Part shown: positions 16,786 to 26,919 of the stretch, one piece after another
Numbering within the stretch: position 1 is the first letter of the stretch
Layout of the letters: every line of letters begins with the position of its first letter
NCBI GenBank assembly: GCA_001001795.1
Contig: LCLB01000001.1
Coordinates: 8,249-43,351 of the forward strand
Direction: 5' to 3'
DNA length: 35,103 nucleotides
DNA from: Parcubacteria group bacterium GW2011_GWF1_45_5
GTDB taxonomy: Bacteria > Patescibacteriota > Minisyncoccia > UBA6257 > Brennerbacteraceae
Translations under genes and position numbers: made by a program
Notes under the pieces: generated by a model
Told to the model about the DNA's origin: nothing
Seen by the model: only the letters and a program-made list of their open reading frames with translations
Database searches by the model: none

Positions 16786-19410
16786 ATGAATAATCCATTT
16801 AATCGTTTCACGAATCGTGCCCAAGAAGCACTACAGCGGGCTCAAGAACTGGCTGCCGAAAAAAACCATCCCGAGATCACGAGCTTACATGTTCTACTGG
16901 CTTTGTTGTGGCAGGAGGAAACTATTATCGCAGAGGTATTCCGGCGACAAAGCGTCAATGTCGAAGAATTATCTCGCCGTGCCGAGGATCGTCTAGAGAA
17001 TCTCCCGCGTTTGTTTACCATGGGTCAGGCGTCTCCTTTCGGATCTTTTTACATTTCCCAGGAATTAATCCTTGCCTTTCAAAAAGCAGGAGAACTTCTA
17101 AAGAAATTCGGAGATGAGTTTGTGGGTCCCGAACACCTGATACTTGCGCTTGTTTCCCACAAAACCAAGGTCCAGGAAATTCTTCTGGAAATGAAATGTA
17201 CCGCGGAAAATCTGGAACAGACAATCCGCGAGGTGCGCGGGGAGTCCCATATTCAGGATGAAGCCGATGACAAGCGATATGGAATATTGGAGAAATATAC
17301 TGTTAATCTGACCAACCAAGCACGCGAGAAAAAACTTGACCCGGTTATCGGCAGGGAAAAGGAGTTACGCAGAGTCATGGAAGTATTGTCGCGCAGAACC
17401 AAGAACAATCCTCTTCTTATTGGCGAGCCGGGAGTCGGCAAAACAGCGGTGGTTGAAGGATTGGCACAAATGGTGGTGGCAAACGAGGTTCCCGGGCCGT
17501 TGCGCGATAAAGAAATACTTGTTCTTGATATTGGTTCGGTGGTTGCCGGAACAAAGTTTAGGGGAGAGTTCGAGGAACGCCTGAAAGCAATTTTGAAAGA
17601 AATAAAAGAAGCTTCCGGGAAATATATTATTTTTATTGATGAAATTCATACTATCGTCGGAGCGGGGTCGGCAGAAGGAGCGATAGACGCCTCGAATATG
17701 CTGAAACCGGTTTTGGCACGCGGAGAACTCCATTGTATCGGAGCGACTACTTCAAAAGAGTTTAAGCGGTATATAGAAAGGGATCCTGCTTTTGAGCGCA
17801 GATTCCAGCCGATTATGGTCGAAGAGCCGTCTCGCGACGATGCAGTTTCCATTTTGCGGGGTATTAAGGAGAAGTACGAGGTTCATCATGGGGTTAAGAT
17901 AACCGACGGAGCCCTGATTGCGGCCGTTGATCTGTCTATCCGCTATATTCCTGACCGGTATCTGCCGGATAAAGCCATTGATTTGATGGACGAAGCCTCG
18001 TCGTCGTTACGGTTGGAGATCGAAAGTGTGCCTACCGAAATTGATGAGATACGCAGGGCTTTGCGGCGGTTAGAAATAGAATTTGAAGCGATGAAAAAAG
18101 AAGAAACAAAGGAAGCGCGAATTCGTCAGAAAAAAATTGAAAAAGAAATTGCCGAGTTGCGTGAAAGCGATGCGGCGCTAACCGGACAATGGGACAAGGA
18201 AAAGACCGTAGTCGGAAAGATTCAATCCCTGCGGTCCCAAATGGAATCCTTAAGAGACGAATCCAGCAAGCTTGAAGCAGAGGGGAATCTTACTGGTGTA
18301 GCGGAGATTGTGTATGGGAAAATTCCTTCATTGGGGAACGATTTGCGCGTTGCGGAAAGGAAGGCCGAAATATCTCGCAAGCGGGCTCGGTTTGTAAAAC
18401 AATGGGTTGCGGAAGAGGAGATCGCGCGCGTAGTATCACGATGGACCGGAGTGCCGGTGACAAGAATATTGGAATCGGAAGCGGATAAGCTTTCCCGTCT
18501 GGAGGAAATATTGGCGCAAAGAGTAATCGGTCAGTCAGTGGCAATCAGCGCCATCAGCCGGGCTTTGCGTCGTTCTCGTGCTGGATTGTCCGATGAAAAC
18601 CGGCCGATCGGTTCATTTATGTTTTTGGGTCCTACAGGAGTAGGAAAAACCGAGTTGGCGAAGGCTCTGGCGGAAGCAATGTTTGGCGACGAACGTACTA
18701 TTATCAGACTTGATATGTCTGAATATATGGAACGTCATACCACAGCTCGGCTTATTGGGTCTCCTCCTGGCTATGTCGGTCATGAGGAAGGAGGACAACT
18801 TACCGAACTGGTAAAACACCGGCCTTACAGCCTTATTCTTTTTGACGAAATAGAGAAAGCGCATCCCGAGGTGTTTAACGTATTGTTGCAAATGCTCGAT
18901 AATGGCCGATTGACCGACGGGAAAGGGAAAACAGTTAATTTCAAAAATACGATTATCATTATGACCTCGAACCTCGGGAGCGAATATATCAAAGAAATGT
19001 CGGGAATGGGGTTCGCGACCGCTCAGACAAAAACAGTGGAAACTTTAAAGGATAAAATCATGGAAACGCTTCGCCAAAACCTGCGTCCCGAGTTTTTGAA
19101 CCGCATCGACGAGATAGTGGTTTTCAATCCTTTAACCAGGAAAGATATTGCCGCGATTGTCGATATTCAGCTGAAAAAGGTCACGGAACGGCTGCAAGGG
19201 AAAGGAATCATTATCGATATGAACGATAAGGTTCCGATGTTCTTGGCGGAACAAGGGTTCGATCCCGAGTTCGGTGCCCGTCCACTTAAACGAGCTATTG
19301 AACGGCTTTTGGTGGATCCTCTTTCGGAAAAGATTATTGACGGAAAAATTAGTCAAGGTGCCAAAGTTCGTGTAAGAGTGCGGGATGGCGCACTACGTAT
19401 CGGATCATGA
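16786..19410 (+). CDS. clpB: ATP-dependent chaperone ClpB
   Basis: Clp N-domain, [12 protein letters not shown], long coiled-coil M domain, [19 protein letters not shown]. Confidence 0.96.
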   Translation: MNNPFNRFTNRAQEALQRAQELAAEKNHPEITSLHVLLALLWQEETIIAEVFRRQSVNVEELSRRAEDRLENLPRLFTMGQASPFGSFYISQELILAFQKAGELLKKFGDEFVGPEHLILALVSHKTKVQEILLEMKCTAENLEQTIREVRGESHIQDEADDKRYGILEKYTVNLTNQAREKKLDPVIGREKELRRVMEVLSRRTKNNPLLIGEPGVGKTAVVEGLAQMVVANEVPGPLRDKEILVLDIGSVVAGTKFRGEFEERLKAILKEIKEASGKYIIFIDEIHTIVGAGSAEGAIDASNMLKPVLARGELHCIGATTSKEFKRYIERDPAFERRFQPIMVEEPSRDDAVSILRGIKEKYEVHHGVKITDGALIAAVDLSIRYIPDRYLPDKAIDLMDEASSSLRLEIESVPTEIDEIRRALRRLEIEFEAMKKEETKEARIRQKKIEKEIAELRESDAALTGQWDKEKTVVGKIQSLRSQMESLRDESSKLEAEGNLTGVAEIVYGKIPSLGNDLRVAERKAEISRKRARFVKQWVAEEEIARVVSRWTGVPVTRILESEADKLSRLEEILAQRVIGQSVAISAISRALRRSRAGLSDENRPIGSFMFLGPTGVGKTELAKALAEAMFGDERTIIRLDMSEYMERHTTARLIGSPPGYVGHEEGGQLTELVKHRPYSLILFDEIEKAHPEVFNVLLQMLDNGRLTDGKGKTVNFKNTIIIMTSNLGSEYIKEMSGMGFATAQTKTVETLKDKIMETLRQNLRPEFLNRIDEIVVFNPLTRKDIAAIVDIQLKKVTERLQGKGIIIDMNDKVPMFLAEQGFDPEFGARPLKRAIERLLVDPLSEKIIDGKISQGAKVRVRVRDGALRIGS

Positions 19411-20090
19411 ATTTCGTGGTTGTGAGTTTGTGTATCTTTGTTTTTCTGGGGATCGGCGGCCTCACGGGGACTTTTTTATGGTGGATCGCCGCTTGTACCC
19501 TTCTTATAATCGAATGGGTTCGTCGTATCCCCGATTTTTGTGGTAGAAGAATAGGACGTATTGTCGTGCTGTTTGGTATGGCGGCGCCGTTTTTATTTCA
19601 GGATACCGTGCGATTGATTTTAGGGATAAGCCTTATTGTTATCTGGACGGGAGTTCGTGTCAGACGTTCATATTGGGGCATCACTTATCAAACAATTTAC
19701 CAATGGTGCATGTTGACATTGTGCGGGTATGGCGCTTTATTCTTCTTTTCCCTTGTTATGAGGGGAAGCGTATGGGTGTGGGTCGGATGGGTAGAAGCGA
19801 TATTGGTGTGCGCGTTATTGTTTCCGTGTTACGCGGAACTGTATGGATTTCGGTTTTCTCGGTTTGAGTACTGGGCGATTATTATGTATGTAAGCCAGGT
19901 AATTTTAATGCTTTATTTTCTTCCTTTGCCATGGGGGACACTCGTGTTTTTATTTTTGATTTTTATTGTTTGGATGTTGCGTGAACTCAAAGAATTACAT
20001 TCAAAAACATGGACATGGAAGGCTTTTTGCCGGCACTTTGCCGTGGTGAGTGCGATTTCTTTTGGCCTATTTTTTACGATTCGATTTTGA
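19407..20090 (+). CDS. Hypothetical multi-pass membrane protein
   Basis: 227 aa, hydrophobic, ATGA overlap with the clpB stop. Confidence 0.7.
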   Translation: MNFVVVSLCIFVFLGIGGLTGTFLWWIAACTLLIIEWVRRIPDFCGRRIGRIVVLFGMAAPFLFQDTVRLILGISLIVIWTGVRVRRSYWGITYQTIYQWCMLTLCGYGALFFFSLVMRGSVWVWVGWVEAILVCALLFPCYAELYGFRFSRFEYWAIIMYVSQVILMLYFLPLPWGTLVFLFLIFIVWMLRELKELHSKTWTWKAFCRHFAVVSAISFGLFFTIRF

Positions 20091-20645
20091 TGGCGAGGCA
20101 TCTTTGGAGATAAGTGAAACCAGGGTATTTTCTATATCCGGGTAAATTTTTTCGATAAGTATTATTCGTTCTGCGGCATTGAACCTTTTTAAGACAAATG
20201 TCCCTGCTTGTGATTGTTGATGAGCGTGTCGTACTCCGATGCGAATCCGTGTAATCTCCTGTGTTTTCAAAATAGTAGCTATTGACTCTATGCCGTGATG
20301 CCCTGCTGGTCTACTGGCGCGCGCTACTTTGATTCTACCCAGGATCAAATCACTATCGTCATGGACGATGATGCAGTGAGGAATCGTGATTTTTAGATTT
20401 TTTAAAAGAGTAAACACAGCCCGGCCAGAATCGTTCATAAAGAGTCGGGGGAGCGCATAAATAACCGGGGTACCGTTAAGAGTAAAGGAAGCGGTATCTG
20501 CCAGCAGTAGGGCGTGCGATTTCCATGACGTCTCGAGGTGTTGAGTAAGCGAATGGATAAGGAAATCTCTTCCTATGTTGTGTGGGGTGCCGGTGTATGC
20601 GGCCCCGGGATTTCCCAGCCCGATAACAAGAAATGCGTTTTTCAT
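20067..20645 (-). CDS. pth: Peptidyl-tRNA hydrolase
   Basis: IGLGNPG..Y..TPHNIG, FMN.SG, VHDD.DL, GHHG, RIRIGV. Confidence 0.95.
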   Translation of the reverse strand: MKNAFLVIGLGNPGAAYTGTPHNIGRDFLIHSLTQHLETSWKSHALLLADTASFTLNGTPVIYALPRLFMNDSGRAVFTLLKNLKITIPHCIIVHDDSDLILGRIKVARASRPAGHHGIESIATILKTQEITRIRIGVRHAHQQSQAGTFVLKRFNAAERIILIEKIYPDIENTLVSLISKDASPSKSNRKK

Positions 20646-20658
20646 ATAATGATAAGGC

Positions 20659-20686
20659 TTGATTTTGTCGGGTGGTTTGTTACAAT
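20659..20686 (+). promoter_or_regulatory. Putative sigma70 promoter for lepB-hisS
   Basis: TTGATT-16 nt-TACAAT with TGn extension. Confidence 0.45.
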
Positions 20687-20711
20687 CGCTTATTAAGGCT
20701 TGGTTATTTTA

Positions 20712-21263
20712 ATGTCAAAAATCAGAGATTTTCTTGCAGAATTGATCGAGATGGTTGTTATCTCCCTTCTTATTATTGTACCAATACGATTTTTCATTAT
20801 CCAGCCCTTCTTTGTCAAAGGACAATCTATGGAGCCGAACTTTCTGGAGAACGATTACCTGGTTATCGACGAAATTTCTTTTCGTTTGCGTGCTCCCGAG
20901 CGGGGAGAAGTTGTCGTACTTAAGTCTCCTCAAGCAGAGGGTCAGTATTATATAAAACGAATTATCGGGTTGCCCCATGAGACCATAGAAATAAAGGATG
21001 GTGTGGTGAAGATTTATTCTTTTAATGATCCTGCGGGACAGATATTGCAAGAGCCGTATCTGCAAAACGGAGAAGTGACGGAAGGGAACCTGAAGATAAC
21101 AATGCAGGAAGATCAATATTTTGTTTTGGGTGACAATCGGAAGTTTTCGTACGATTCCCGAAGATGGGGTTTGTTGGTGCGAAAAGATATCATCGGCAGA
21201 GCGTGGATTCGTTTGTGGCCGCCTCAGGCGGTTACCGTTTTTGCGGTTCCCGAAACAAATTGA
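20712..21263 (+). CDS. lepB: Signal peptidase I
   Basis: N-terminal TM, GQSMEP (catalytic Ser), YIKRIIGLP (Lys), GDNR..SYDSR. Confidence 0.95.
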   Translation: MSKIRDFLAELIEMVVISLLIIVPIRFFIIQPFFVKGQSMEPNFLENDYLVIDEISFRLRAPERGEVVVLKSPQAEGQYYIKRIIGLPHETIEIKDGVVKIYSFNDPAGQILQEPYLQNGEVTEGNLKITMQEDQYFVLGDNRKFSYDSRRWGLLVRKDIIGRAWIRLWPPQAVTVFAVPETN

Positions 21264-21288
21264 TTTTTAATAGGTATCTATAAAAAGT

Positions 21289-22620
21289 ATGCCTCGAAGA
21301 AAAAAAGAACAGGGGAAGGTATCGCGCGATCGGAAGTCGTTAAAGCATCCGGTGCAGATTCTGAAAGGTATGCACGATGTTGTCTATCCGGAGGTGGCTT
21401 ACTTTGAGCAGCTGCGTTCGGTATGCCAGGAGGTCGCGAGCAGGTACGGATACGGTTTTCTGGAGGTGCCGGTCTTGGAGCATCAGGATCTTTTTAAAAA
21501 AAGTGTTGGAGGAACAACGGACATAGTGCAAAAAGAGATGTATGCATTCAAAACGCGGGGAGGGGATGAAGTTGCGTTGAGACCGGAATTCACCGCCGGC
21601 ATGGTTCGTGCGTACATTGAAAACGGTATGAGTAACTGGCCCCAGCCGGTAAAATTGTGGACGTGGGGACCAGCCTTCCGTTACGAAAATCCCCAGGCAG
21701 GAAGATACCGCCAGTTTTGGCAGATTGATTTTGAATACTTTACAAGTGCCGATCCGATTGTTGATGTCGAGGTTATGCAGATGGGAGTGGATCTTTTAAA
21801 GAGCTTTGGTATCAAAAACGTATGTTTGGAGCTCAATAGTATCGGGTGCTGGGGGTGCCGGGACACTTATCGGAAACAATTAAAGAATTACTATCGTTCA
21901 AAGAAGCGGAAGCTTTGCCTGGATTGTAAAAGCAGGTTCGATAAAAATATTTTACGGCTTTTGGACTGTAAAAACGAACAGTGTCAGCCTTTTAAAACCG
22001 ACGCTCCGCAGATGCTAGATTATTTGTGCAAAGAATGTAACGCTCATTTTAAAAAAGTTTTAGGGTACTGCGAAGAGCTGGGTTTAGGGTACGTGTTAAA
22101 TCCATTTTTGGTGCGTGGCCTGGATTATTACAACCGAACCGTATTCGAGTTTTTTACTCAGAATAGCGAAAATGAAGGCGGTGGGGCGAAACTTGCACTC
22201 GGCGGCGGCGGGAGATTTGATTATTCCACGCAACTCTTGGCCGGGCCGGAAACGCCGGCATGCGGATTCGCTCTTGGAGTCGAGCGGATTGCCACTCTGT
22301 TGGGCAAGGACCCGAAAAGTATTTCCGAGCCAACCGTGGATGCGTATTTTGTTCAGATCGGGGAGCCGGCTCGGGTACGTGTGCTTGGGTTAATCGAGAA
22401 GTTTAAGCGATGCCGGGTTCGTATAGGATTTGATGTTGGTCGAGAGAGTCTCAGGGCACAGTTCAAATCAGCCGATCGTTTCCATGCCCAGTTTGCGGTG
22501 ATTATCGGCGAAAAAGAAATATTTGATAATACCTTTATCTTACGGGATATGGTCAGCGGTATTCAAGAAACATTTCCCATAGATACGTTGATGGATGTGC
22601 TTCGCGATCGCGTGAAATAG
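21289..22620 (+). CDS. hisS: Histidyl-tRNA synthetase
   Basis: KGMHD, KEMY, LRPEFTA, FRYENPQAGRYRQF, LVRGLDYY, GGGRFD. Confidence 0.97.
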   Translation: MPRRKKEQGKVSRDRKSLKHPVQILKGMHDVVYPEVAYFEQLRSVCQEVASRYGYGFLEVPVLEHQDLFKKSVGGTTDIVQKEMYAFKTRGGDEVALRPEFTAGMVRAYIENGMSNWPQPVKLWTWGPAFRYENPQAGRYRQFWQIDFEYFTSADPIVDVEVMQMGVDLLKSFGIKNVCLELNSIGCWGCRDTYRKQLKNYYRSKKRKLCLDCKSRFDKNILRLLDCKNEQCQPFKTDAPQMLDYLCKECNAHFKKVLGYCEELGLGYVLNPFLVRGLDYYNRTVFEFFTQNSENEGGGAKLALGGGGRFDYSTQLLAGPETPACGFALGVERIATLLGKDPKSISEPTVDAYFVQIGEPARVRVLGLIEKFKRCRVRIGFDVGRESLRAQFKSADRFHAQFAVIIGEKEIFDNTFILRDMVSGIQETFPIDTLMDVLRDRVK

Positions 22621-22626
22621 GATCAT

Positions 22627-22959
22627 ATGGAAAGTTGTTTATTGTGCGATATCGGGAAAAGATCAGAACCAAGCGAAATTATCTGGGAAGACGCGGAGTA
22701 CCTTTGTATTGAGAATAAGTATCCCCAGGCGCCGATTCATGTTTTGGTGTTCCCTAAGGAACACATCGAAAAAAGCGAGGTGAGAAACGGTAATAGGAAG
22801 GATTTTTTTGAAAGCATGATGGGGGCAGTGTACGAGGTGGTAAAGTTTTTAGGGCTCGATACCAAGGGGTACAAACTCATAAACAACGGCGCCGGGTATA
22901 ATCATATCGAGCACGAGCATTGGCATATCTTAAGCGGGTTGAAAGAAAAACAGGAATAA
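22627..22959 (+). CDS. HIT-family protein
   Basis: CLLC, PQAPIHVLVFPKEH, HEHWHIL triad. Confidence 0.88.
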   Translation: MESCLLCDIGKRSEPSEIIWEDAEYLCIENKYPQAPIHVLVFPKEHIEKSEVRNGNRKDFFESMMGAVYEVVKFLGLDTKGYKLINNGAGYNHIEHEHWHILSGLKEKQE

Positions 22960-23000
22960 GGTATACTGTAAAATATAGAATATTTCATTAATTTACGGGT

Positions 23001-23270
23001 ATGGCAGTAACAGTAAAGCGAAAAGACGGGGAAAATACATCAAGTTTTCTGTACCGGGCGACCAAGCGCATTCAGAAATCCGGTGTTCTTTTGCAGTCAA
23101 GGCGGAATCGGTTCTATAAGACTGTTTTAACGAAGAACAAGCGCTGGACAACGGCGATGCATCGCATGGGCATGGAGCGTCAAATTCAGAAATTTTTGAA
23201 GCTTGGGTATCCTCTTGATGAATCAATCGCTTTGGCGCGTAAGATTACCAAAGGGATTATAAAAAAATAG
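23001..23270 (+). CDS. rpsU: 30S ribosomal protein bS21-like
   Basis: V.RK.GEN..S.L.R.TKRIQKSGVL...R..RFY; lies between HIT and yqeY. Confidence 0.7.
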   Translation: MAVTVKRKDGENTSSFLYRATKRIQKSGVLLQSRRNRFYKTVLTKNKRWTTAMHRMGMERQIQKFLKLGYPLDESIALARKITKGIIKK

Positions 23271-23300
23271 ATTCCCTTTAAAAGGAGAATCTATTTTTTT
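23261..23300 (+). terminator. Intrinsic terminator-like hairpin after rpsU
   Basis: AAAAAAATAGATTC / GAATCTATTTTTTT 14-bp inverted repeat plus inner CCTT/AAGG. Confidence 0.6.
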
Positions 23301-23320
23301 AATATTGATATTTTTTATAT

Positions 23321-23797
23321 ATGACCCTTCAAGAAAAAATACAACAAGATATGCGCATTACGCTTAAGGCGCGGGATGAGTTCCGTTTGGGAGTGTTGCG
23401 CATGCTCAATGCCGCATTGGGGAATAAAGAAATAGAAAAGCATGCCGTATGCGTGCATGCCGGGATGTCTCCGGAACCTTTGACCAACGACGAATGCTGT
23501 GAAATTTTTCAGAAAGAATACAAACAACGCAAAGAATCCGCTTTGGCGTACGAACAGGGTAAGAGAAAGGATTTGCAAGAGATAGAACTCAAGGAAGCCG
23601 AGATTGTCGCCGAATACTTACCACAACAATTCTCGGAAGACGAGATTAAAGAAAGGGTACGGGTTGCGATTTCATCATCGGGAGCAAACGGTGCTGCCGG
23701 AGTGGGAACGGTTATGGGTATTCTTTCCAAGGAACTGAAAGGCAGGGCCGATATGGGCACTGTTTCTCGGATAGTGAACCAGTTGCTTTGTTCGTAG
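23321..23797 (+). CDS. yqeY: GatB/YqeY domain protein
   Basis: LQEKI..DM..LKARD..RLGVLRML, KQRKES..Y..G.R.DL, YLPQQ.S, KGRAD. Confidence 0.92.
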   Translation: MTLQEKIQQDMRITLKARDEFRLGVLRMLNAALGNKEIEKHAVCVHAGMSPEPLTNDECCEIFQKEYKQRKESALAYEQGKRKDLQEIELKEAEIVAEYLPQQFSEDEIKERVRVAISSSGANGAAGVGTVMGILSKELKGRADMGTVSRIVNQLLCS

Positions 23798-23801
23798 ATT
23801 T

Positions 23802-24269
23802 ATGGTTGTTCTTGAAAATTCGGGAGGGTATCCGTGTTCCGAACGTATTATTGTCAGGGCAGCCGATACAATCCTCCGTATTTTGAAAATTCCGCCAGGA
23901 TGGATTTTGGAGTTGCATCTTTTGGATGCCCGTAAGATGTATTGGTTGAACAGGCGATTTCGGGGTAAAAACAGGGCAACCACCGTTTTGAGCTTCGAAG
24001 GGAAAGAATTCCCCGTTGGTTCTGCGCGCCTTCTTGGAGAGGTTTTTTTATGTCCAAAGGAAATTTTACGGGCAAATCCGCCTTCTTATGTTGTGGCGCG
24101 GGGAGAATCTTCTTACTTGATGTATTATTTGATACATGGGATACTACATTTAAAGGGGTTTACTCACCAAGGTTCTTTGCGGAATCGTTTTTCTATGGAA
24201 CGGGCCGAGCGAAGAGTTTTTACCAAATTGTTTTCTTTTCATGAATCAAAAACCATTTTGCGCAATTGA
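23802..24269 (+). CDS. ybeY: rRNA maturation endoribonuclease YbeY
   Basis: LN..FRGKN.AT.VLSF, HGILHLKGFTH. Confidence 0.9.
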   Translation: MVVLENSGGYPCSERIIVRAADTILRILKIPPGWILELHLLDARKMYWLNRRFRGKNRATTVLSFEGKEFPVGSARLLGEVFLCPKEILRANPPSYVVARGESSYLMYYLIHGILHLKGFTHQGSLRNRFSMERAERRVFTKLFSFHESKTILRN

Positions 24270-25467
24270 TATCGGCAGTTTTTCTATCAAGGGATTGGTG
24301 GCGGATATCAACTCCAAAAAAGGGAGTGTTGATATCGTGCACATGGCGGAAGCTTCTTCGCACGGCGTCCGGAGAGGCATTATTTTTGATGTTGAAGATG
24401 CGGCGCATGCGATCGCCGGAGTTTTATCACAGTGCGAAGAAGCGGCAAAACAGGAGATCAACGAAGTTTCTGTCGGCATCGGGGGTCCGTGTCTCGAAAC
24501 TCGTTTTGCCAAGGGGACGATTATTGTTTCGCGTCCCGACGAGCAAATCGGAGAAGACGACGTGCGCCGGGTACAGGAAACTATTCATACGACTCCGGGG
24601 CCGCAGAATCGGACTATCCTTCACGTGATTCCCCGTTATTATTGTATTGATGAGGTGGACAGGGTAAAAACATCTCCCGTTGATATGCAAGGTGCCCGAC
24701 TTTCTCTTGAGGCGACTGTTGTCGATCTTTTCACCCAAGCATCCTTGAATCTTTCGAAGACGTTTGCGGTTGTCGGTGTGCAAACATCTGTTCCGGTGGC
24801 GAACATTTTGGCGGTTAGCAAAGCATTCATTTCCAAACGTGACCGCGAACAGGGTGTTGCGGTTATCGAAATTGGCGCAGAAACGACATCGCTTGCCGTT
24901 TTTGAAGACGAAGAATTATTGCATTTAGCGGTGGTTCCTTTAGGATCCCAGAACATCACCAATGATATTGCCAATGCTTTGAAGATACATTTCGATACGG
25001 CCGAACGGATTAAGATTGCCTTTGGATCGGCTATCGAAGCAAAGGTTAATCGAAAAGAAGAAATTGACCTTTCGCAATTCATAGAAGGGGAGGATGAGAT
25101 TGTCTCGCGTCGTCATGTCGCGGAAATTATTGAGGCGCGCGCCTCGGAAATTTTAGGATTCGTAAACGACGAACTTAAGAAAATGGATCGTGCCGGCAAA
25201 CTTCCTGCGGGCGCATATGTGTACGGAGGAGGGTCACAACTTCCTTATTTTACGCAATTAATGAAACATGAACTGAAATTATCGGCACGCTATCTGACAT
25301 TCGATCAGTACAGTCGTTATTTCGATTCTCATATCGGAATATCTTATGCGGGTGTCTGTGGACTGTTGGTTTGGCACCTCGATTCCATTATGGGCGAGCG
25401 AAGACCCATGGGTCAATCAGGTATGGCAGGGTGGCTCAAGAAATTTATAGGAAACTTTCTTCCCTAA
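24241..25467 (+). CDS. ftsA: Cell division protein FtsA
   Basis: IDIGS, S.GVRRG.I, IEIGAETT, LG..NITNDIA, AERIK, amphipathic C-terminal helix; precedes ftsZ. Confidence 0.95.
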   Translation: MNQKPFCAIDIGSFSIKGLVADINSKKGSVDIVHMAEASSHGVRRGIIFDVEDAAHAIAGVLSQCEEAAKQEINEVSVGIGGPCLETRFAKGTIIVSRPDEQIGEDDVRRVQETIHTTPGPQNRTILHVIPRYYCIDEVDRVKTSPVDMQGARLSLEATVVDLFTQASLNLSKTFAVVGVQTSVPVANILAVSKAFISKRDREQGVAVIEIGAETTSLAVFEDEELLHLAVVPLGSQNITNDIANALKIHFDTAERIKIAFGSAIEAKVNRKEEIDLSQFIEGEDEIVSRRHVAEIIEARASEILGFVNDELKKMDRAGKLPAGAYVYGGGSQLPYFTQLMKHELKLSARYLTFDQYSRYFDSHIGISYAGVCGLLVWHLDSIMGERRPMGQSGMAGWLKKFIGNFLP

Positions 25468-25476
25468 AAGGCGGTT

Positions 25477-26706
25477 ATGAAACGCAAAAATATAAAAACA
25501 AAGAAAAAACCGATTGTTTCCCGTATATACGATCTACGTGAACGTCAAAAACAAAAAGTACGAGAGCCTGACGCGTATCGGGCCGTGTTACCGCGTATGA
25601 AAATCATCGGGATAGGTGGTGCCGGCGGCAATGCCTTGAGCCGGATGCACGGTGTTATCAAGGGGATTGGAACAATCGCCCTAAACACCGACGCGCAGGA
25701 CCTGCGTTTTACCCAGGCGGATTATAAAATTCAGGTCGGGAAAAATGTTACCTTTGGCAGGGGCGCCGGCATGAATCCCGAGATGGGGAAAAAATCAGTT
25801 GAGGAAAGCAAGGATGAAGTCATTGCTGCTCTTCAGGGCACAGAACTGGCTTTTATTACCTGCGGGCTGGGAGGCGGTACAGGATCGGGTGCGGCGCCGG
25901 TAGTGGCGGAGCTTTGCCGGTCGTTGAATATGGTGACCATTGCGGTTGTCACTATGCCGTTTACTTTTGAAGGAAAAGAGCGTATGCAGATTGCCCAAGG
26001 CGCATGGAACGCATTGGTGACCCATGTGGATGCTTTGATTACGGTGCATAACGATCGGGTATTTTCCATTATCGAGGCGAACACATCTTTGAAAAAAGCA
26101 TTTTGGCATGTCGATGAAATTTTGCGTGAAGGGATACAGGCGGTGTCGGATTTGATCATTAAGCCGGGACTTATCAATGTCGATTTTTCTGATTTGAAGG
26201 CGATTGTGCAGCGGGCGGGGCCGGCGCTCTTGGGAATTGCGACCGCTCAAGGGAAAGATCGCGCCGAACGTGCCGCCGAGCATGCGATTACCAATCCTCT
26301 CGTAGAGAGTTCCATAGACAATGCGCGACGGGTTCTTTTGAATATTACGGCATGCGGTGATTTGAGCATGATCGAAGTTCAACGGGTTGCTCAAGTTATC
26401 ACCGAACGCGTACATCCGGACGCCAAAATAATTTTCGGTGCGAATTTTGATTCTACCCTTGGGAAAGGTACTATGAAGGTTACGGTTGTTGCCTGCGATT
26501 TTGAGGGGAGTATGCAGACATCGCTTATCGAGAACGACAACGATGCCTTGTTTCAAAGAAAACAAAACACAGAAACGTCACGAACCCAGTATCAGAATGT
26601 GCAGGAAAATTCTCCTCTTTTGAAAGACATGCTTGGAGAAAAGATAAAACCATTCGAGAATCTCGAAGACCAACCGGCTTTCCTAAGGAAGAAAAAGCGC
26701 GAATAA
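25477..26706 (+). CDS. ftsZ: Cell division protein FtsZ
   Basis: GIGGAGGNA, NTDAQ, GGGTGSG, INVDFSD, C-terminal PAFLRK. Confidence 0.97.
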   Translation: MKRKNIKTKKKPIVSRIYDLRERQKQKVREPDAYRAVLPRMKIIGIGGAGGNALSRMHGVIKGIGTIALNTDAQDLRFTQADYKIQVGKNVTFGRGAGMNPEMGKKSVEESKDEVIAALQGTELAFITCGLGGGTGSGAAPVVAELCRSLNMVTIAVVTMPFTFEGKERMQIAQGAWNALVTHVDALITVHNDRVFSIIEANTSLKKAFWHVDEILREGIQAVSDLIIKPGLINVDFSDLKAIVQRAGPALLGIATAQGKDRAERAAEHAITNPLVESSIDNARRVLLNITACGDLSMIEVQRVAQVITERVHPDAKIIFGANFDSTLGKGTMKVTVVACDFEGSMQTSLIENDNDALFQRKQNTETSRTQYQNVQENSPLLKDMLGEKIKPFENLEDQPAFLRKKKRE

Positions 26707-26721
26707 TCGTAGAAATATAAA

Positions 26722-26756
26722 TATGCAAAACCGGCTTCTTGAGCCGGTTTTGCATA
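26722..26756 (+). terminator. Terminator-like hairpin after ftsZ
   Basis: Perfect 15-bp inverted repeat TATGCAAAACCGGCT / AGCCGGTTTTGCATA, 5-nt loop. Confidence 0.7.
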
Positions 26757-26805
26757 CACTGTCGAATAGTTTTAAATTTGGAGAAAAAGTTATCGGGAGA
26801 GCAAC

Positions 26806-26901
26806 TTGACCGCCGCATACGAATATTTTACAATATGCCAATTCAAGCTCTTTAAATCAGATGTTCTTGTCCACAGATCGTTCTTGCAGCGGTGGTACAA
26901 T
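26806..26901 (+). promoter_or_regulatory. nrdJ promoter region (two candidate promoters, one DnaA-box-like site)
   Basis: TTGACC(26806)-17 nt-TACAAT(26829); TTGTCCACA at 26867-26875; TGgTACAAT at 26893-26901. Confidence 0.5.
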
Positions 26902-26919
26902 CACCATATCCCTACGCAT

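Noticed and set aside
25795-26565. 256-aa antisense ORF, and similar shadow ORFs opposite the rSAM genes, clpB and nrdJ
   Set aside because: Fully antisense to strongly conserved genes; no recognisable motifs
26806-26919. N-terminal extension of NrdJ from TTG 26806 (likewise TTG 32362 for prfA and TTG 15444 for iscS)
   Set aside because: Extensions cover promoter, leader or element DNA; homology begins at the downstream ATG
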